This document shows, in pieces, positions 63,972 through 64,000 of a stretch of DNA of 64,000 nt (position 1 is the first letter of the stretch; the number at the start of each line of letters is the position of its first letter). The notes under the pieces are model-generated. The model was not told where the DNA came from, did no database searches, and saw only the letters and a list, made by a program, of their open reading frames with translations. This DNA is from an uncultured Eubacteriales bacterium (GTDB taxonomy: Bacteria > Acidobacteriota > Aminicenantia > Aminicenantales > UBA8522): positions 6,352-70,351 of the forward strand of contig CAYUKK010000020.1 in the NCBI GenBank assembly GCA_964445305.1, in the 5' to 3' direction. Made by a program: the position numbers and the translations under genes.

Positions 63972-64000
63972 GAAAAACTCCTTTCCTCTTCATTTTCATG

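Noticed and set aside
1-64000. CRISPR arrays, tRNA/rRNA genes, transposases/integrases
   Set aside because: No direct-repeat/spacer periodicity was seen, no tRNA-like cloverleaf candidates were noticed in intergenic regions, and no ORF showed DDE transposase or tyrosine recombinase motifs. The repeated element copies are 10-14 kb apart, not arrayed.

Overview
High-GC (about 58-60%) bacterial chromosomal segment from a didermic (Gram-negative-type) organism. Evidence for the envelope type: waaA (Kdo transferase), lpxB, an Omp85-type beta-barrel, type IV pilus genes and several Tat/Sec-secreted hydrolases. Coding density is high, with about 50 supportable genes. Left to right: a DASS symporter (partial), an APC amino-acid permease, uppP, a five-gene type IV pilus minor-pilin/PilY1 operon (fimT/gspH-like, pilV, pilW, pilX, pilY1), a P-type cation ATPase, fur preceded by a YprB-like exonuclease/TPR gene, rhaB-rhaA, a HEAT-repeat protein translationally coupled to an HD-GYP phosphodiesterase, a two-CxxC thioredoxin-fold protein, an ADP-forming acetyl-CoA synthetase, three tandem NPP/alkaline-phosphatase-family paralogs followed by a small RHH protein and a membrane protein, an aminotransferase, trpB2, a 1018-aa outer-membrane protein combining a zinc-peptidase motif, PD40 propellers and an Omp85 barrel, a 2x(ABC ATPase + ABC-2 permease) operon, S9 and M23 peptidases, a D-aminoacylase, PAP2, waaA, rpsO-pnp, three GspG-like pseudopilins, lpxB, a bifunctional homocysteine methyltransferase/MTHFR, a DUF192 gene, pcm, archaeal-type proS, a HerA/FtsK-like ATPase, mscL with a zinc-ribbon tail, and a PilZ-like protein. 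No rRNA, tRNA, CRISPR array, transposase or integrase was recognised. The most unusual signal is a conserved roughly 65-nt element present three times, in the same orientation, upstream of unrelated plus-strand genes (the APC permease, rhaBA and the second NPP paralog); it matches no element class I can name. Other stand-outs are the peptidase/PD40/Omp85 fusion, the shared N-terminal domain of the HEAT and HD-GYP pair, PilY1 with an FG-GAP N-terminus, the HerA-like orphan ATPase and the MscL zinc-ribbon variant. Several very long antisense ORFs in the six-frame track are GC-driven shadow ORFs and were rejected.
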